A DNA stretch of 64,000 nt from Pristiophorus japonicus (Eukaryota): positions 13,020,001-13,084,000 of the forward strand of contig NC_091977.1 in NCBI RefSeq assembly GCF_044704955.1, read 5' to 3'. The position numbers were made by a program, and so were the translations under genes. The first letter of the stretch is position 1. Each line of letters begins with the position of its first letter. The notes beneath the pieces were generated by a model. It saw nothing but the letters and a program-made list of their open reading frames with translations, made no database searches and was not told the origin of the DNA. Positions 33,320 through 47,220 of this stretch are shown here, piece after piece.

Positions 33320-35884
33320 GATTTCAAAGGAAGAGACGTATAATGTCGCCAAAAAGAGTAGTAAGCCTGAGGATTGAGAGGATTTTAGAATTCAGCAAAG
33401 GAGGACCAAGAAATGCATAAAGGGAAAATAGAATCTGAGAGTAAACTAGCGAGAGACATAAAAACAGACTGTATAGGTATGCAAAAAGGAAAATATTAGC
33501 AAAAGCAAACATGGGTCCCTTACAGGCTGAGACAGGAGAAATTATAATGGGGAATAAGGAAACTGCGGAGAAATTACAAAAATCTCCCTGGAAATGGTGG
33601 AGAACCAAGGGTCCATTGAGAATGAGGAACTGAAAGAAATTAGTATTAATGAGAAATTAATGGGACTGAAAGCCGATAAATTCCCTGGACCTGATGACCT
33701 ACATCCTAGAGTTTTAAAAGAGGTGGCTATAGAGTTAGTGGATGCATCGGTTGTCATCTTCCAAAATTCTATAGAATAGAACAGTTCCCGTGGATCGGAG
33801 GCTAGCAAATGTAATCCCACTATTTAAGAAAGGAAGGAGACAGAAAATGGGGAACTACAGACCAGTTAGCCTGACATCAGTAGTAGGAAAAATTCGGGTT
33901 GGCAGGCTGTAACTAGTGGGGTGCCGCAAGGATCAGTGCTGGGGCCTCAGCTATTCACAATCTCTATCAATGATTTGGATGAGGGGACTAAATGTAATAT
34001 ATCCAAGTTTGCTGATGATACAAAGTTAGGTGAGGAATGTAAGTTGTGAGAAGGATGCAGAAAAGCTTGAAGGGGATATAGGCAGGCTAAGTGAGTGGGC
34101 AAGAACATGGCAAATGGAATATAATGTGGAGAAATGTGAAGTTATCCACTTTGGTAGCAAAAATAGAAAAGCAGATTATTTTTAAATGGTGAGAGATTGG
34201 GAAATGTTGGTGTTCAGAGGGACCTGGGTGTCCTTGTACACGAATCACTGAAAGTTAACATGCAGGTACAGCAAACAACTAGGAAAGTGAATGGTATGTT
34301 GGCCCTTATTACGAGAGGATTTGAGTATAAGAGTAAAGACGTCTTACTGCAATTATATAGGGCCCTGGTGAGACCGCACCTGGAGTACTATGTTCCGTTT
34401 TGGTCTCCTTCCCTAAGGAAGGATATACGCGCCATAGGGCAAGTGCAACGAAACTCCACCAGACTGATTCCTGGGATGGGGGGGATTGTCCCGTGAGGAG
34501 AGATTGAACAGACTCAGCCTATATTCTCTAGAGTTCAGAAGAATGAGAGGTGAACTCATTGAAACGTACAAAATTCTTACAGGGCTTGACAGGGTAGGTG
34601 CAGAGAGGATAGGGAGTCTAGAACCAGGGGTCACAGTCCCAGAATAATGTGTTGGCCATTTAGGACTGAGGTGAGGAGATATTTCTTTACTCAGAAGGTG
34701 GTGAATCTTTGGAATTCTCTACCCCAGGAGGGCTGTGGAGGCTCAGTCTTTAAGAATATTTAAACTAGAGATCGATAGATTTTTGGATATTAAGGAAATC
34801 AGGAATTATAGGGATAGTGCAAGGGAAGTGCAGTTGAGGTTGAAGATCAGCCGTGATCTTATTGAATGGCGGAGCAGCCTTGAGGGGCCGAATGGCCTAT
34901 TCCTGCTCCTATTTCTACTGTTCTTATGTTCTTATTCCATCAATTTTACTGCCGGGGGAACAATAGTTTGCAGCAGTGAAAGATTTAGAAATAATTGAAA
35001 GATGGGTGCGATGCTGTAGGCATGAGATGAGATGAAGCAATTAATGGTGCTGGTCTGGAACAGATTGATAGTGGGTCAAAACTTGGAGAAGGGATACACT
35101 TTCAAATGCGCAACGCAAGAATTACAAAGTGGGAAAGAAACACAACAGAAATAAAAGGAAACCCATGTGGCCAACAAAGGAGTAATCTTAGAACCATAGA
35201 ACCATACAGCATAGAAGGAGGCCATTCGGCCCATCATATCAGTGCCAGCAATTTGCAGGAGCAATCCAATTAGTCCCACCCCCCTGCTCTTTCCCCATAT
35301 CCTGTAAAATATTTTTCCCCTTCAAGAAATGCAAGGAATGCAATGACCTGTAACGGCCATTTCAAATCCACGCTGGCTCTCTCTGATCAGCTTATGTCTG
35401 TCCAAGTGCTCAGGAATAGATTGAATTATTTCTCTGTTACAATAGGCTATTATTTGCTTTTGCTATCAATTTTTTTAACATAAGATTTATTGCAAAATGA
35501 TCTTATTGTTTGTAATTGATGATAGTGCTAACTTTTGTAATAAATGTGGTTCTGCACCTACCTAACCAAGTTGTTCAATTTATTCTGATTTTCGCACTGA
35601 GGAATTATATAAAAGCCAATTCCAGGCGAACCCATCCCTATCCAAGCAAAAAAATCATAGTTTGGTAAATAATGGTTCATTCACTGCCACTGCATAGAAA
35701 ATCAAATCCACGGAACTGTTTCGAAGAAGAGCAGGGGAATTCTCCCTGGTGCGCTGGCCAATATTTATCCCTCAACCAATTTCACTAAAAAGAATGATCT
35801 CATTGCTGTTGGTGGGAGCTTGCTGTGTGCACACTGACTGCCTCGTTTCCTATATTACAATAGTAACTACACTTCAAAACTACT

Positions 35885-36105
35885 GAAGCAAAATACTGCG
35901 GATGCTGGAATCTGAAATAAAAACAGAAAATGCTGGAAATCTCAGCGGGTCAGGCAGCATCTGTGGAGAGAAACAGAGTTAATGTTTCAGGTCTGTGACC
36001 CTTGGTCAGAACCAGAATCGAAGGGTCATCGACCTGAAACATTAACTCTGTTTCTCTCCACAGTCGCTGCCTGACCCGCTGAGATTTCCAGCATTTTCTG
36101 TTTTT
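35885..36105. mobile_element. Fold-back Penelope terminal-repeat insertion in a Deu-SINE
   Basis: About 87-bp inverted arms (35915-36003, 36021-36106); TSD ACTTCAAAA(C/A)TACT 35871-35884 / 36106-36119. Confidence 0.8.
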
Positions 36106-36814
36106 ACTTCAAAAATACTTAATTGGCTCTAAAGCACCTTGGGACACCCTGAGGTCATGAAAGGTACTGTATAAATACAAGTTCTTTCTTATTTCTATTG
36201 TACAGAGTCCCACAATGTCCCAACCACTCTTACTGTGTAGAATTCCAATAGACTCAAACCCCTTTACATTCACCCCCATTGTACAGAATTCCAATGCACC
36301 AAGCCGTTTCCTATACCATCACATTATATAGAATTCCAATGGACCAAAACACCCATCACTTCCATTGTGCAGAGGTTTGTAGCCTATGGTGTTTGTATAT
36401 TAAACCCATCTCTGTTCACCATTTTCTATATTACAACAGTGACTACATTTCAAAAATATTTCATTGGTTGCAAAGCATTTTGGATGTCCCGAGGTCTTAA
36501 AAGGCGCAATATAAATGCAAGTCTTTCTTTTTACCAGTTGGTCAGTATAAGTTTTTGCATATTAGTTCATGTTCTAAACATGGATATAATGCATTCCTTG
36601 AACTAAACTGAAAATTCAAATACATATATAGCTGGACTTTATTATTATATGATAGTGGTACACGATAAATCTGAGATAGCTTTTGATTGTGCTTTTTGAT
36701 TCGTCCTCAGGATTTGAGTGTCTATGGTCAGGCCAGATTTTATTGCCCATCTCTAGTTGCCCTGAAAGGTGATGATGGCCTTCTTGAGCCAATGATCAAT
36801 CCTGAGAACGCTGG

Positions 36815-37092
36815 GATAGTGATTATGTTACTGGGCTAGTAATCCACAGGCCTGGTCTAATGAACCAGAGACGCGAGTTCAGAATCCCACCACGGCAATT
36901 AATTAAATAAATCTGGAATAAAAAGCTAGGATCAGTAATGGTGATCATGAAACTATCGGATTGTCATAAAAATCCAACTGGTTCACTAATGCCCTTTAGG
37001 GAAGGAAATCTGCTGCCCTTACCCGGTCTGGCCTATATGTGACTCCAGACCCACAGCAATGTGGTTGACTCTTAACTGCCCCTCTGAAATGG
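36815..37092 (+). mobile_element. tRNA-derived SINE, family not assigned
   Basis: B-box-like gagttcagaatcccacc; core ggaaggaaatctgctgcccttacccggtctggcctatatgtgactccagaccc. Confidence 0.6.
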
Positions 37093-37759
37093 ATGTTTGG
37101 AATTCTCCGCCCCAGAGGCTGTGATGCTCAGTCATTGAGTATATCCAAGACTGAGATCGATAGATTCTTGGGCACTCGGGGAATCAAGGGATATGAGGAA
37201 AGTGGAGTTGAGGTCGAAGATCAGCCATGATCTTATTGCATGGCGGAGCAGGTTTGAGGGGCTGAATAGCCTACCCCAGTCCAATTTCTTACGTTATCAT
37301 GCAGTATTTAAAAGCAATTCGCTGGATAGCTCTGTACAATTTTTTACAGGACCTCACAAACTGAAGGATAATTTTCCAGTTGTTGGGCAAATCGGTTGAA
37401 CAATTGAGACACTTTCACATGTTCCCGCACTGATGGAGTGATTTGTTGACTGGGTCTTGGCATGACAGCGTCCATTGTGGAGCACAGGGTGAAGGATGGA
37501 TGGAGTGCCTAATGCACTGGCCAGATGTGGACGTCCAGAGTCGGGCGAAAGATGTGTGAGCACCTCCTGCGATCAACGGAAACAAGGTCAGATAAATGGA
37601 GTTGGTGCACAAATGGCTGGAGTTTGCCAGGGGAAGACTTCCCTCTACTTTCTGCTGCTGGTGCCTGTGTTAGACCTTACAATGAAAGGTAAATCTCTGC
37701 AGATAGATCATTAAATAGATTCAGAGAGGGATAGATGTTGGATAATAGATGATGGCACA

Positions 37760-37773
37760 CTGCCATCTAGTGG
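37760..37773 (-). promoter_or_regulatory. CTCF consensus motif
   Basis: CCACTAGATGGCAG on the minus strand in apparently non-repeat sequence. Confidence 0.55.
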
Positions 37774-38029
37774 TTGAAGAGTGACTGTAGCTTTTTTGGT
37801 AAGCTCGGGAATTTCACAAGGTTAGTTTCAGGGGCTTTGTAACAGGAAGTTATAGCAAGATGTCGGTTTAATAAGGAGCACTTTACTCACTCATACCTGA
37901 TTGGCTCAGACTTCACATTGATAAAAGAACAAGAAATCACAGCTGAACGGGAACGGAATGCGTCCGACATAAGAGAGCAACAAGGAATGAAAATGATCGT
38001 TCTGATAGAATTTCCAATCACAATACAAC

Positions 38030-39537
38030 AGCTTCAGTAACCAATAGCAAGGAGGAGGCGTGTAACCAATAGAGAGGGAGGAACTAAAGACAATCACTAT
38101 CACAAAAGAAGTAGTACTTGGTAAAACAAGCAGGAAACTATAGACCAGTTAGCCTAACATCTATGGTTGACAAAATGCTGGAGTCTATTTTTAAGGAAAC
38201 AGTAGCAGGACATTTGGAAAAGGATAATTCAGACAAGCAGAGACAGCATGGTTTTATGAAAGGGAAATCATGTTTGATAAATTTGCTGGAGTTCTTTGAG
38301 GATGTAACAAGCAGGGTGGATAAGGGGGAACCAGTGGATGTGGTGTATTTGGATTTCCAGAAGGCATTCGATAAGCTGCCACATAATAGGTTACTGCACA
38401 AGATAAAAGTTCACGGGGGTGAGGGCAATATATTAGCATGGATAGAGGATTGGCTAATTAACAGAAATCAAAGAGTCAGGATAAATGGGTCTTTTTCCAA
38501 GTTGGCAAACAGTAACTCGTGGGGTGCCGCAGGGATCGGTGCTGGGGCCTCAACTATTTACAATCTATATCAATGACTTGGATGAAGGGTGTAATGTAGC
38601 CAAGTTTGCTGATGATACAAAGATGGGTGGGAAAGCAAATTGTGAGGTGGACACAAAAATTCTGCAAAGGGATATGGACAGGCTAAATGAGTGGGCAAAC
38701 ATTTGGCAGATGGAGTATAATGTGGTAAAATGTGAGGTTATCCACTTTGGCAGAAAAATAGAAAAGCAAATTATTATTTAAATGGAGAAAAATTGTAAAG
38801 TGCTGCAGTACAGAGGGACCTGGGGGTCCTTGTGCATGAAACACAAAAAGTTAGTATGCAGGTACAGCAAGTAATCAGGAAGGCAAATGGAATGTTGACC
38901 TTTATTGCAAAGGGGGATGGAGTATAAAAGCAGAGAAGTCTTGCTACAACTGTACAGGGTATTGGTGAGGCCACACCTAGAGCACTGCATACAGTTTTAG
39001 TCTCCGTATTTAAGGAAGGATATACTTGCATTGGAGGTAGTTCAGAGAAGATTGACTAGGTTGATTCCGGCAATGAGGGGGTTGACTTATGAAAATAGGT
39101 TGAGTAGGTTGGGCCTGTACTCATTGGAGTTCAGAGGATGAGAGGTGATCTTATCGAAACATTTAAGATAATGAGGGGGTTCAAGAAAGTGGATGCAGAG
39201 AGGATATTTCCAGTTATAGGGGAAACTAGAACTAGGGGGAATAGTCTCAGAATAAGGGGCTGCCCAGTTAAAACTGAGATGAAGAGGAATTTCTTCTCTC
39301 AGAGGGTTGTAAATCTGTGGAACTCTCTGCCCCAGAGAGCTGTAGAGGCTGGGTCATTGAATATATTTAAGGCGGAGAGAGACAGATTTTTGAGCAATAA
39401 GGGAATAATGGGTTATTGGGAGCGGGCAGGGAAGTGGAGCTGAGTCCATGATCAGATCAGCCATTATCTTATTAAATGGTGGAACAGGCTCGAGGGGCCA
39501 AATGGCCTAATCTTGTTTCTATTTCTTATGTTCTTAG
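38030..39537 (+). mobile_element. CR1 LINE, frameshifted
   Basis: RT motifs across ORFs 38118, 38485 and 39138; 3' tail. Confidence 0.9.
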
Positions 39538-39974
39538 GTTCAATCAAATCACTTCAAATCCTTATTGGCAATCTTCTTGTCGGCCATCTGGAACTCGTGC
39601 TAGCTGAGAAACTTAGTACTGAAAATAATGTTTGTGACCTGATAATTCTGTCGTTATAAAAGTAGTTCCCCACAATTCACTGTGAGCAATGTTACCGGAC
39701 GGCCCACTGGTGTAACCTCCTAAAACTTGCATTTATGGAGCACCTTATCATATCAAACCATCTTACAGTGCTGCAGGCAATGTATTACTGTTGCTTTGTG
39801 GAGTGCAGTGATTGTTGCAGGCAAGCGACTTTGTGTGTCAGTTGGCTCAGTGGGTAGCATTCTCACCTCTGAGCCGGACAGGTGTGGTTCAAATCGCATT
39901 CCAGAGACTTGGCCCTGAAATCACAGTTCCTTCGTTCGACTCAATTCGAGAGGAAAGATGCAATCGTTATGGTG

Positions 39975-40547
39975 ACTATTGGAGACAGTACCTTCCACCA
40001 GCGATGTTCCCGCAAGATCCTGCAAATCCCCTGGGAGGACAGACGCACAAACATTTGCGTCCTCGACCAGGCCAACATCCCCAGCATTGAAGCACTGACC
40101 ACACTTGATCAGCTCCGCTGGGCAGGCCACATCGTTCGCATGTCAGACACAAGACTCCCAAAGCAAGCACTCTACTCGGAACTTGTCCACGGTAAACGAG
40201 CCAAAGGCGGGCAGAGGAAACGTTACAAGGACACCCTCAAAGGCTTCCTGATAAAGTGCAACATCCCCACTGACACCTGGGAGTCCTTGGCCATAGACCG
40301 CCCTAAGTGGAGGAAGTGGATTCGGGAGAGTGCTGAGCTCCTCGAGTATCATCGTCGAGAGCATGCAGAAATCAAACGCGAGCAGCGGAAGGAGCGTGAG
40401 CAAACCAAGCTCCCTGCCAACCCTTTCCCTCAACGACTATCTGTCCGACTTGTGACAGAGACTGTGGTTCTCGTATTGGACTGTACCGAAGAACTCATGC
40501 CAAGAGTGGAAGCAAATCTTCCTCGATCCCGAGGGACTGCCTATGAT
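39975..40547 (+). mobile_element. RTE-clade LINE 3' fragment
   Basis: FHQRCSRKILQIPWEDR..QLRWAGHIVRM.DTRLPKQALYSEL..GGQRKRYKDTLK. Confidence 0.88.
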
Positions 40548-40662
40548 ATATTTCACTGCATTTATTTGTTATTTCAGAGAGACACACATAATACTGTATT
40601 TGTGCATTCTGCACAGACAAGTCTATAAACAAGCTCTACGAAGCCAGTATCTGAAGGTTGAC

Positions 40663-41635
40663 ACCAAACTATTTACAATCTATATTAACGACTTGAAAAA
40701 AAGGACTGAGTGTAATGTAGCCAAGTTTGCTGACGATACAAAGATGGGAGGAAAAGCAATGTGTGAGGACACAAAAAAATCTGCAAAAGGACATCGACAG
40801 ACTAAGTGAGTGGGCAAAAATTTGGCAGATGGAGTATAACGTTGGGAAGTGTGAGGTCATGCACTTTGGCAGAAAAACTCAAAGAGCAAGTTATTATTTA
40901 AATGGAGAAAGATTGCAAAGTGCTGCAGTACAGCGGGACCTGGGGGTACTTGTGCATGAAACACAAAAGATAATATGCAGGTACAGCAAGGCCAGGAAGG
41001 CCAATGGAATCTTGGCCTTTATTGCAAAGGGGATGGAGTATAAAAGCAGGGAAGTCTTGCTACAGTTATACAGGGCATTGGTGAGGCCACACCTGGAATA
41101 CTGCGTGCAGTTTTGGTTTCCATATTTAAGAAAGGATATACTTGCTGTGGAGGCAGTTCAGAGAAGGTTCACTAGGTTGATTCCGGGGATGAGGGGGTTA
41201 ACTTATGAGGAAAGATTGAGTAGGTTGGGCCTCTACTCATTGGAATTCAGAAGATTGAGAAGTGATCTTATCGAAACGTATAAGATTATGAGGGGGCTTG
41301 ACAAGGTGGATGTAGAGAGAATGTTTCCATTGATAGGGGAGACTAGAACTAGGGGGCATAATCTTAGAATAAGGGGCCGTCCATTTAAAACTGAGATGAG
41401 GAGGGTTGTGGATCTGTGGAATTCGCTGCCTCAGAGAGCTGTGGAAGCTGGGATATTGAATAAATTTAAGACAGAGATAGACAGTTTCTTAACCGATAAG
41501 GGAATAAGGGATTATGGGGAGCGGGCAGGGAAGTGGACCTGAGTCCATGATCGGATCAGCCAAGATCATATTAAATGGTGGAGCAGGCTTGAGGGGCCGT
41601 ATGGTCTACTCCTGCTCCTATTTCTTATGCTCTTA
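40663..41635 (+). mobile_element. CR1 LINE 3' portion
   Basis: [21 protein letters not shown]; tail. Confidence 0.9.
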
Positions 41636-42348
41636 AACTCAACCCTAAACATGGTGGTTTGGAAGATCAAAGATATCTGGGTTTGAGGTTCTCCCACACT
41701 TACTGAGTGATACCGAAACACAGACCACAGGAACAGAAGTGACAGAGTGACTTGTGTTCTGCTGACTTTAGTCTGTTTCCAAGTTTAATGTCTGGACTGT
41801 GTCTCCCTTACTGAGCGAGTTGGAGATTTTCAGTCCATTGACATCACACTTACCGCAGTGTTAAATCTAGATCAGAATTTCAGCCATTCCACCAGTCAAA
41901 TCATAGAATGATTTAATCTTACAGCACAGAAGGAGGCCATTTGGCCCATCGAGCCTGTGCTGGCTCTTGTAAAGAGTTATCCAATTAATCCCGCACCCCG
42001 CCCTTTCACCATAGCCCTGCAATTGTTTCCCCTTCAAGTATTTACCCAATTCCCTTTACAAGGAGCAGTTGGGGTGAATAGCACAGATGCATTTAAGGCA
42101 AAGCTAGATATACACATGAGGGAGGAAGGAATAGAAGGATATGCAGATAGGGTGAGATGAAGAGGCTCGTGCAGAGCATAAACACCGGCATCGACCTGTT
42201 GGGCCGAAAGGCCTGTTTCTGGGCTGTAATGGACTGGGAGCAGGTTTAATAAATGAAATGTTGAAAAGTTTGAGCTGCCAAACTCCAGATTGGAATCAGA
42301 ACACCGAGGGAAGCCATCGAGGAAGCTCAGACCACTGAATATGTTGGT

Positions 42349-45300
42349 TATTGTGTTCCTAACACAGATGAGACTGCACACAGGGAGGTTAAAGCAACAG
42401 TGACCTCAGTTTTTACTAAGACACTCCAGCGTGAGGAACAGGCCTTAGGGGCCGGCTCATATACAGTGCTCCCAAGGGATGCTGGGATACCTTGGGACTT
42501 CAGGGGATGCGCTCCCTGGTGGCAAAACATGGGAGTGCATGCTTTACAGATACACAACATTACTCCCCCCACCAAAGTCAAAGTGAAAACTATTTACAAG
42601 GTGAGGCGGTCGGGAGCCTTTCTTTCCCTGGTGGACCGCCTCGGTACAAATGTCTGTTCTGGTGTGTTGGCTGTGCCCTCGCTGGGCTGGCGTGTTGTTG
42701 GCCCTGCAGGGCTGCTGGGTGAGCCTGGCCTTGCTGGGCTGTTGGGCGTGATGGGTTCGATTTCCTGGTCCGGGGTGGTGTGGTTGATCCTTTGGGAGTG
42801 TGATGTGGGTTGTTCAGGGCAGTCTGTGAACCGCAGCCTCGTTTGGTCCAGGTGCTTTCTGCAAATTTGTCCATTGTCTAGTTTGACTACAAACACCCTA
42901 TCCCTTCTTTAGCTATCACCGTGCCCGCGATCCACTTGGGACCATGTCCATAGTTTAGCACATACACAGGGTCATTCAGATCAATTTCCCGTGACACAGT
43001 TTAAATTTTGTTGCTGCCACCTGCTCTCTATCTGATCATGCAGGTTGGGGTGAACCAGCGAGAGTCTGGTTTTAAGTGTCCTTTTCATGAGTAGCTCAGC
43101 CGGGGGCACCCCTGTGAGTGAGTGGGTCTCGTGCGGTAGCTGAGCAGTACTCGGGACAGGCGGGTTTGGAGTGAGTCTTCTGTGACTCGTTTAAGGCTCT
43201 GTTTGATTGTTTGTACTGCCCGCTCTGCCTGCCCATTGGAGGCTGGTTTAAACGGGGCCGAGGTGACATGTCTGATCCCGTTGTGGGTCACAAATTCTTT
43301 AAATTTGGCACTGGTGAAACATGGCCCGTTGTCACTGACCAGTATGCCAGGCAGGCCGTGGGTGCCAAACATGGCCCTCAGGCTTTCAATGGTGGCGGTG
43401 GCGGTGCTTCCCGACATTATTCCACATTCAATCCATTTTGAAAAAGCATCCACCACCACCAAGAACATTTTACCGAGAAATGGGTCTGCATAGTCGACAT
43501 GGATCCTCGACCATGGTCTGGAGGGCCAGGACCACAAACTTAGTGGTGCCTCTCTGGGCGCGTTGCTCAACTGAGCACACACGCTGCATTGCCGTACACA
43601 GGGCTCTAAGTCAGAGTCGATACCGGGCCACCACACGTGGGATCTGGCTATCGCTTTCATCATTACTATACCCGAGTGTGTGCTGTGGAGATCCGAGATG
43701 AACGTCTTCCTGCCCTTTTTGGGTAGCACTACGCAGTTACCCAACAACAGACAGTCTGCCTGAATGGACAGCTCGTCCTTTCGCCATTGGAACGGCTTGA
43801 TTAGCTCTTGCATTTCACCGGGGATGCTGGCCCAGCTCCCATGCAGTACACAGTTTTTTACTTGGGACTTGGCTGGTCCAAGTCCTAATCTGGCGGGCCG
43901 TGACAGGTGATTTATCATTTTCAAATGCTTCCATGACCATCAACAAATCTGCGGGCTGCGCCACCATCAACAAGTTTGCAGGCTGCGCCATTTCCACCCC
44001 CGTGGTGGGCAATGGTAGCCGACTGAGAGCATCCACACAGTTCTCGGTGCCTGGCCTGTGGTGGATGGTATAGTTATACGCTGATAGCGTGAGTGCCCAC
44101 CTTTGTATGCGGGCTGAGGCATTAGTATTTATCCCCTTGTTTTCAGCGAACATGGATATGAGGGGCTTGTGATCAGTTTCCAGCTCAAATTTGAGGCCAA
44201 ACAGGAACTGATGCATTTTTTTTACCCCAAACACACACGCTAATGCCTCTTTCTCAATCATGCTGTAAGCCCTCTCGGCCTTAGACAAGCTCCTGGAGGC
44301 ATAGGCGACAGGTTGCAACTTCCCCGCAATGTTAGCTTGTTGTAATACACACCCGACTCCGTACGACGATGCATCACATGCTAGCACAAGTCTTTTACAC
44401 GGGTTATACAATACAAGCAGCGTGTTGGAGCATAAAATGTTTCTGGCTTTCACAAAAGCTATTACTTGTTTTTTTTCCCCATACCCAGTTCTCACCTTTA
44501 CGCAATAACATATGTAGGGGCTCTAAGGGGGTGCTTAACCCCGGTAGGAAGTTACCAAAATAGCTGAGGAGTCCCAGGAATGACCGCAGCTCCGTGATGT
44601 TCCTGATAGCCTCTGTCTTGGCGTCTGTGGGCCGAATGCCGTCCGCCGCGATCTTTCTTCCCAAAAATTCCACTTCTGTTGCCATGAAGACACATTTCGA
44701 CCTCTTCAGCCGCAGCCCTATGCGATCCAGTCGCTGGAGGACCTCCTTCAGGCTTTGTAGGTGCTCGACGGTGTCCAGACCCGTGACCAATATGTCGTCC
44801 TGAAAAACCACCTTGCGTGGTACCGACTTGACTAGGCTCTCCATGTTTCTCTGGAAGTTTGCTACAGCCAAACGGGCATCTGTTGTAGTTGAACAGTCCC
44901 TTGTGCGTGTTGATGCAGGTGAGGCCCTTCGAAGACTCCTCCAACTCCTGTATCATGTAGGCTGAAGTCAGGTCGAGCTCGGTGAACGTCTTGCCTCCTG
45001 CCAGCATCACAAATAGGTCGTCTGCCTTAGGTAGCAGGTATTGGTCCTGTAGCAAGAAACGATTAATAGTTACTTTATAATCGCCGCAAATCCTGACCGT
45101 GCCATCACTTTTGAGTACTAGAACAATCGGGCTGGCCCACTCACTGAATTCCACTGGGGAGATGATGCCCTCGCGTTGCAGCCTGTCCAACTCGATTTCT
45201 ACTCTCTCCCTCATCATGTGAGGTACCGCTCGCGCCTTGTGGTGAATGGGTCATGCCTCTGGGACCAAGTGGATCCGCATCTTCGCCCTGGAAAAGTTCC

Positions 45301-46857
45301 AATGCCTGGCTCAAAAAGGGAAGGAAATTTGTTAAGAACCTGGGTACATGGGGCCTCATCGACATGTGATAGCGCTCGGATGTCATCCCAGTTCCAGCGG
45401 ATTTTGCCCAGCCAGCTCCTTCCAAGCAGTGTGGGGCCATCGCCCGGGACAATCCAGAGTGGCAGTTCATGCCCCGTGCCCTCGTAGGTGACCTTGACCA
45501 TGGTGCTGCCCAGGACAGTGATGAGCTCTTTGGTGTACGTTCTCAGTTTCGTGTGGATGGGGCTCAGGGCTGGTCTGAGTGCCTTGTTGCAGCACAGTCT
45601 CTCAAACATCTTTTTACTCATGATGGATTGTCCAGTTTCATGACTATGGGTAAGCCATTCAATTTTACGTTTAGCATTATAGGTGGACATTTCGTCGAAA
45701 ATGTGTGCACCCCGTGTACTTCAGCATCTGCCTCCTCTCTCTGAGGCTCAAAATTGCTTTGATCCACCATGGACCGATCTTCCTCTGCCACGTTGTGGTT
45801 AGTAAGTTTTGCAGAGCTTGCAGCTTATCTGCAAGCTCGTTGGTGGTGCCCCATTGTTCCACAGTTCTTGCAAACATACCCTTTGAAGTGGCATGAATAG
45901 GCTGAATGGAAGCCTCCACAACGCCAACAAGATGTGAATTGCCTTGCATTCATCCTTTGTGGACTCTTGAGTCATCTGGGTCACCTGAGGCCTGCTGGCA
46001 GTTGTAGACTCGTGGGTTCTGCCCTGTACATTTTTGCTCACAAACACAGTTCCAGTTAATTTGTGAACATTGCTAACACTTGTGTGCTGAGAGATTTGTT
46101 TAGTGTTATCACTGTTGGACATAAACACCTGTGCTATCGCAATGGCCTTACTGAGGGCTGGTGTCTCTACAGTCAAAAGTTTTCGTAGAATGGTCTCGTG
46201 GCCAATGCCCAGGACAAAAAAGTCTCTGAGCATCTGCTCCAGGTAGCCATCAAACTCACATTGTCCTGCAAGTCGCCTTAGCTCGGCGACGTAGCTCGCC
46301 ACTTCCTGACCTTCAGATCACTGGCACGTGTAGAACCGATACCTCGCCATCAGCACGCTCTCCCTCGGGTTAAGATGCTTCCGAACCAGTGTACACAGCT
46401 CCTCATACGACTTATCTGTGGGATTCACCAGAGCCAGAAGATTCTTCATGAGGCTGTCGGTCGGTGCCTCGCAGTCCGTGAGAAGGACCGCTCTCCTTTT
46501 TGCAGCGCTTCCTTCTCCGTCCAGCTCGTTGGCTACAAAGTCTAGCTATTCAACATAGGCTTCCCAGTCCTCACCCTCCGAGAACTTCTCCAGGATGCCC
46601 ACAGTTTGCTGCATCTTTGCGTTGGATTCGTATACTCGGCGCCAGTTATTGTGTTCCTAACACAGATGAGACTGCACACAGGGAGGTTAAAGTAACAGTG
46701 ACCTCAGTCTTTATTAAGACACTCCAGAGTGAGGAACAGGCCTTAGGGACCGGCTTATATACAGTGCTCCCAAGGGATGCTGGGATCCCTTGGGACTTCA
46801 GGGAATGCGCTCCCTGGTGGCGGAACATGTGAGTGCATGCTTTACAGATACACAACA
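42349..46857 (-). mobile_element. Full-length Mag-like Gypsy provirus, decayed
   Basis: 211-bp LTRs 42349-42559 and 46647-46857; TSD TTGGT 42344-42348 / 46858-46862; PBS tggcgccgag; PPT. Confidence 0.95.
42594..46614 (-). pseudogene. gag-pol with many frameshifts
   Basis: FQDD, CDASSYGVG, RIHVDY..SDNGPCF..SNGQAERAVQ. Confidence 0.9.
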
Positions 46858-47220
46858 TTGGTCTTCTTGTGACCCTGTCATTCAGAATTCAGCATTAATT
46901 CCATCAGCTGAGCTGACTGCACAACACTGAACTTACTGCTGTCTCCTGCCCACGATCACAGGGGATCAGACTATCTGGGTTTAAATGGGAGACAAGACTT
47001 TCCCTTCAGATTAGTTTGTAATTTCATTTTTGTGTCATTGGCTTTTTAATTACTGAAACTCAAAATAGTTTCAGGAGAAGAAACGATTAATTTGCATTTA
47101 TATAGCGCCTTTCACGAACTCAGGATGTCCCAAAGCGCCTTACACCCAATTAATTGCTTTTGAAGTATAGTCACTCGTGTAATGCAGGAAATGCGGAAAT
47201 CAATTTGCGCACAGCAAGCG

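Larger units (their letters stand above)
31070..34935 (+). mobile_element. Decayed CR1 split at 31363/33320
   Basis: SDHN..WLTREVKDSI resumes as gatttcaaaggaagag; RT motifs; 3' tail. Confidence 0.85.
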
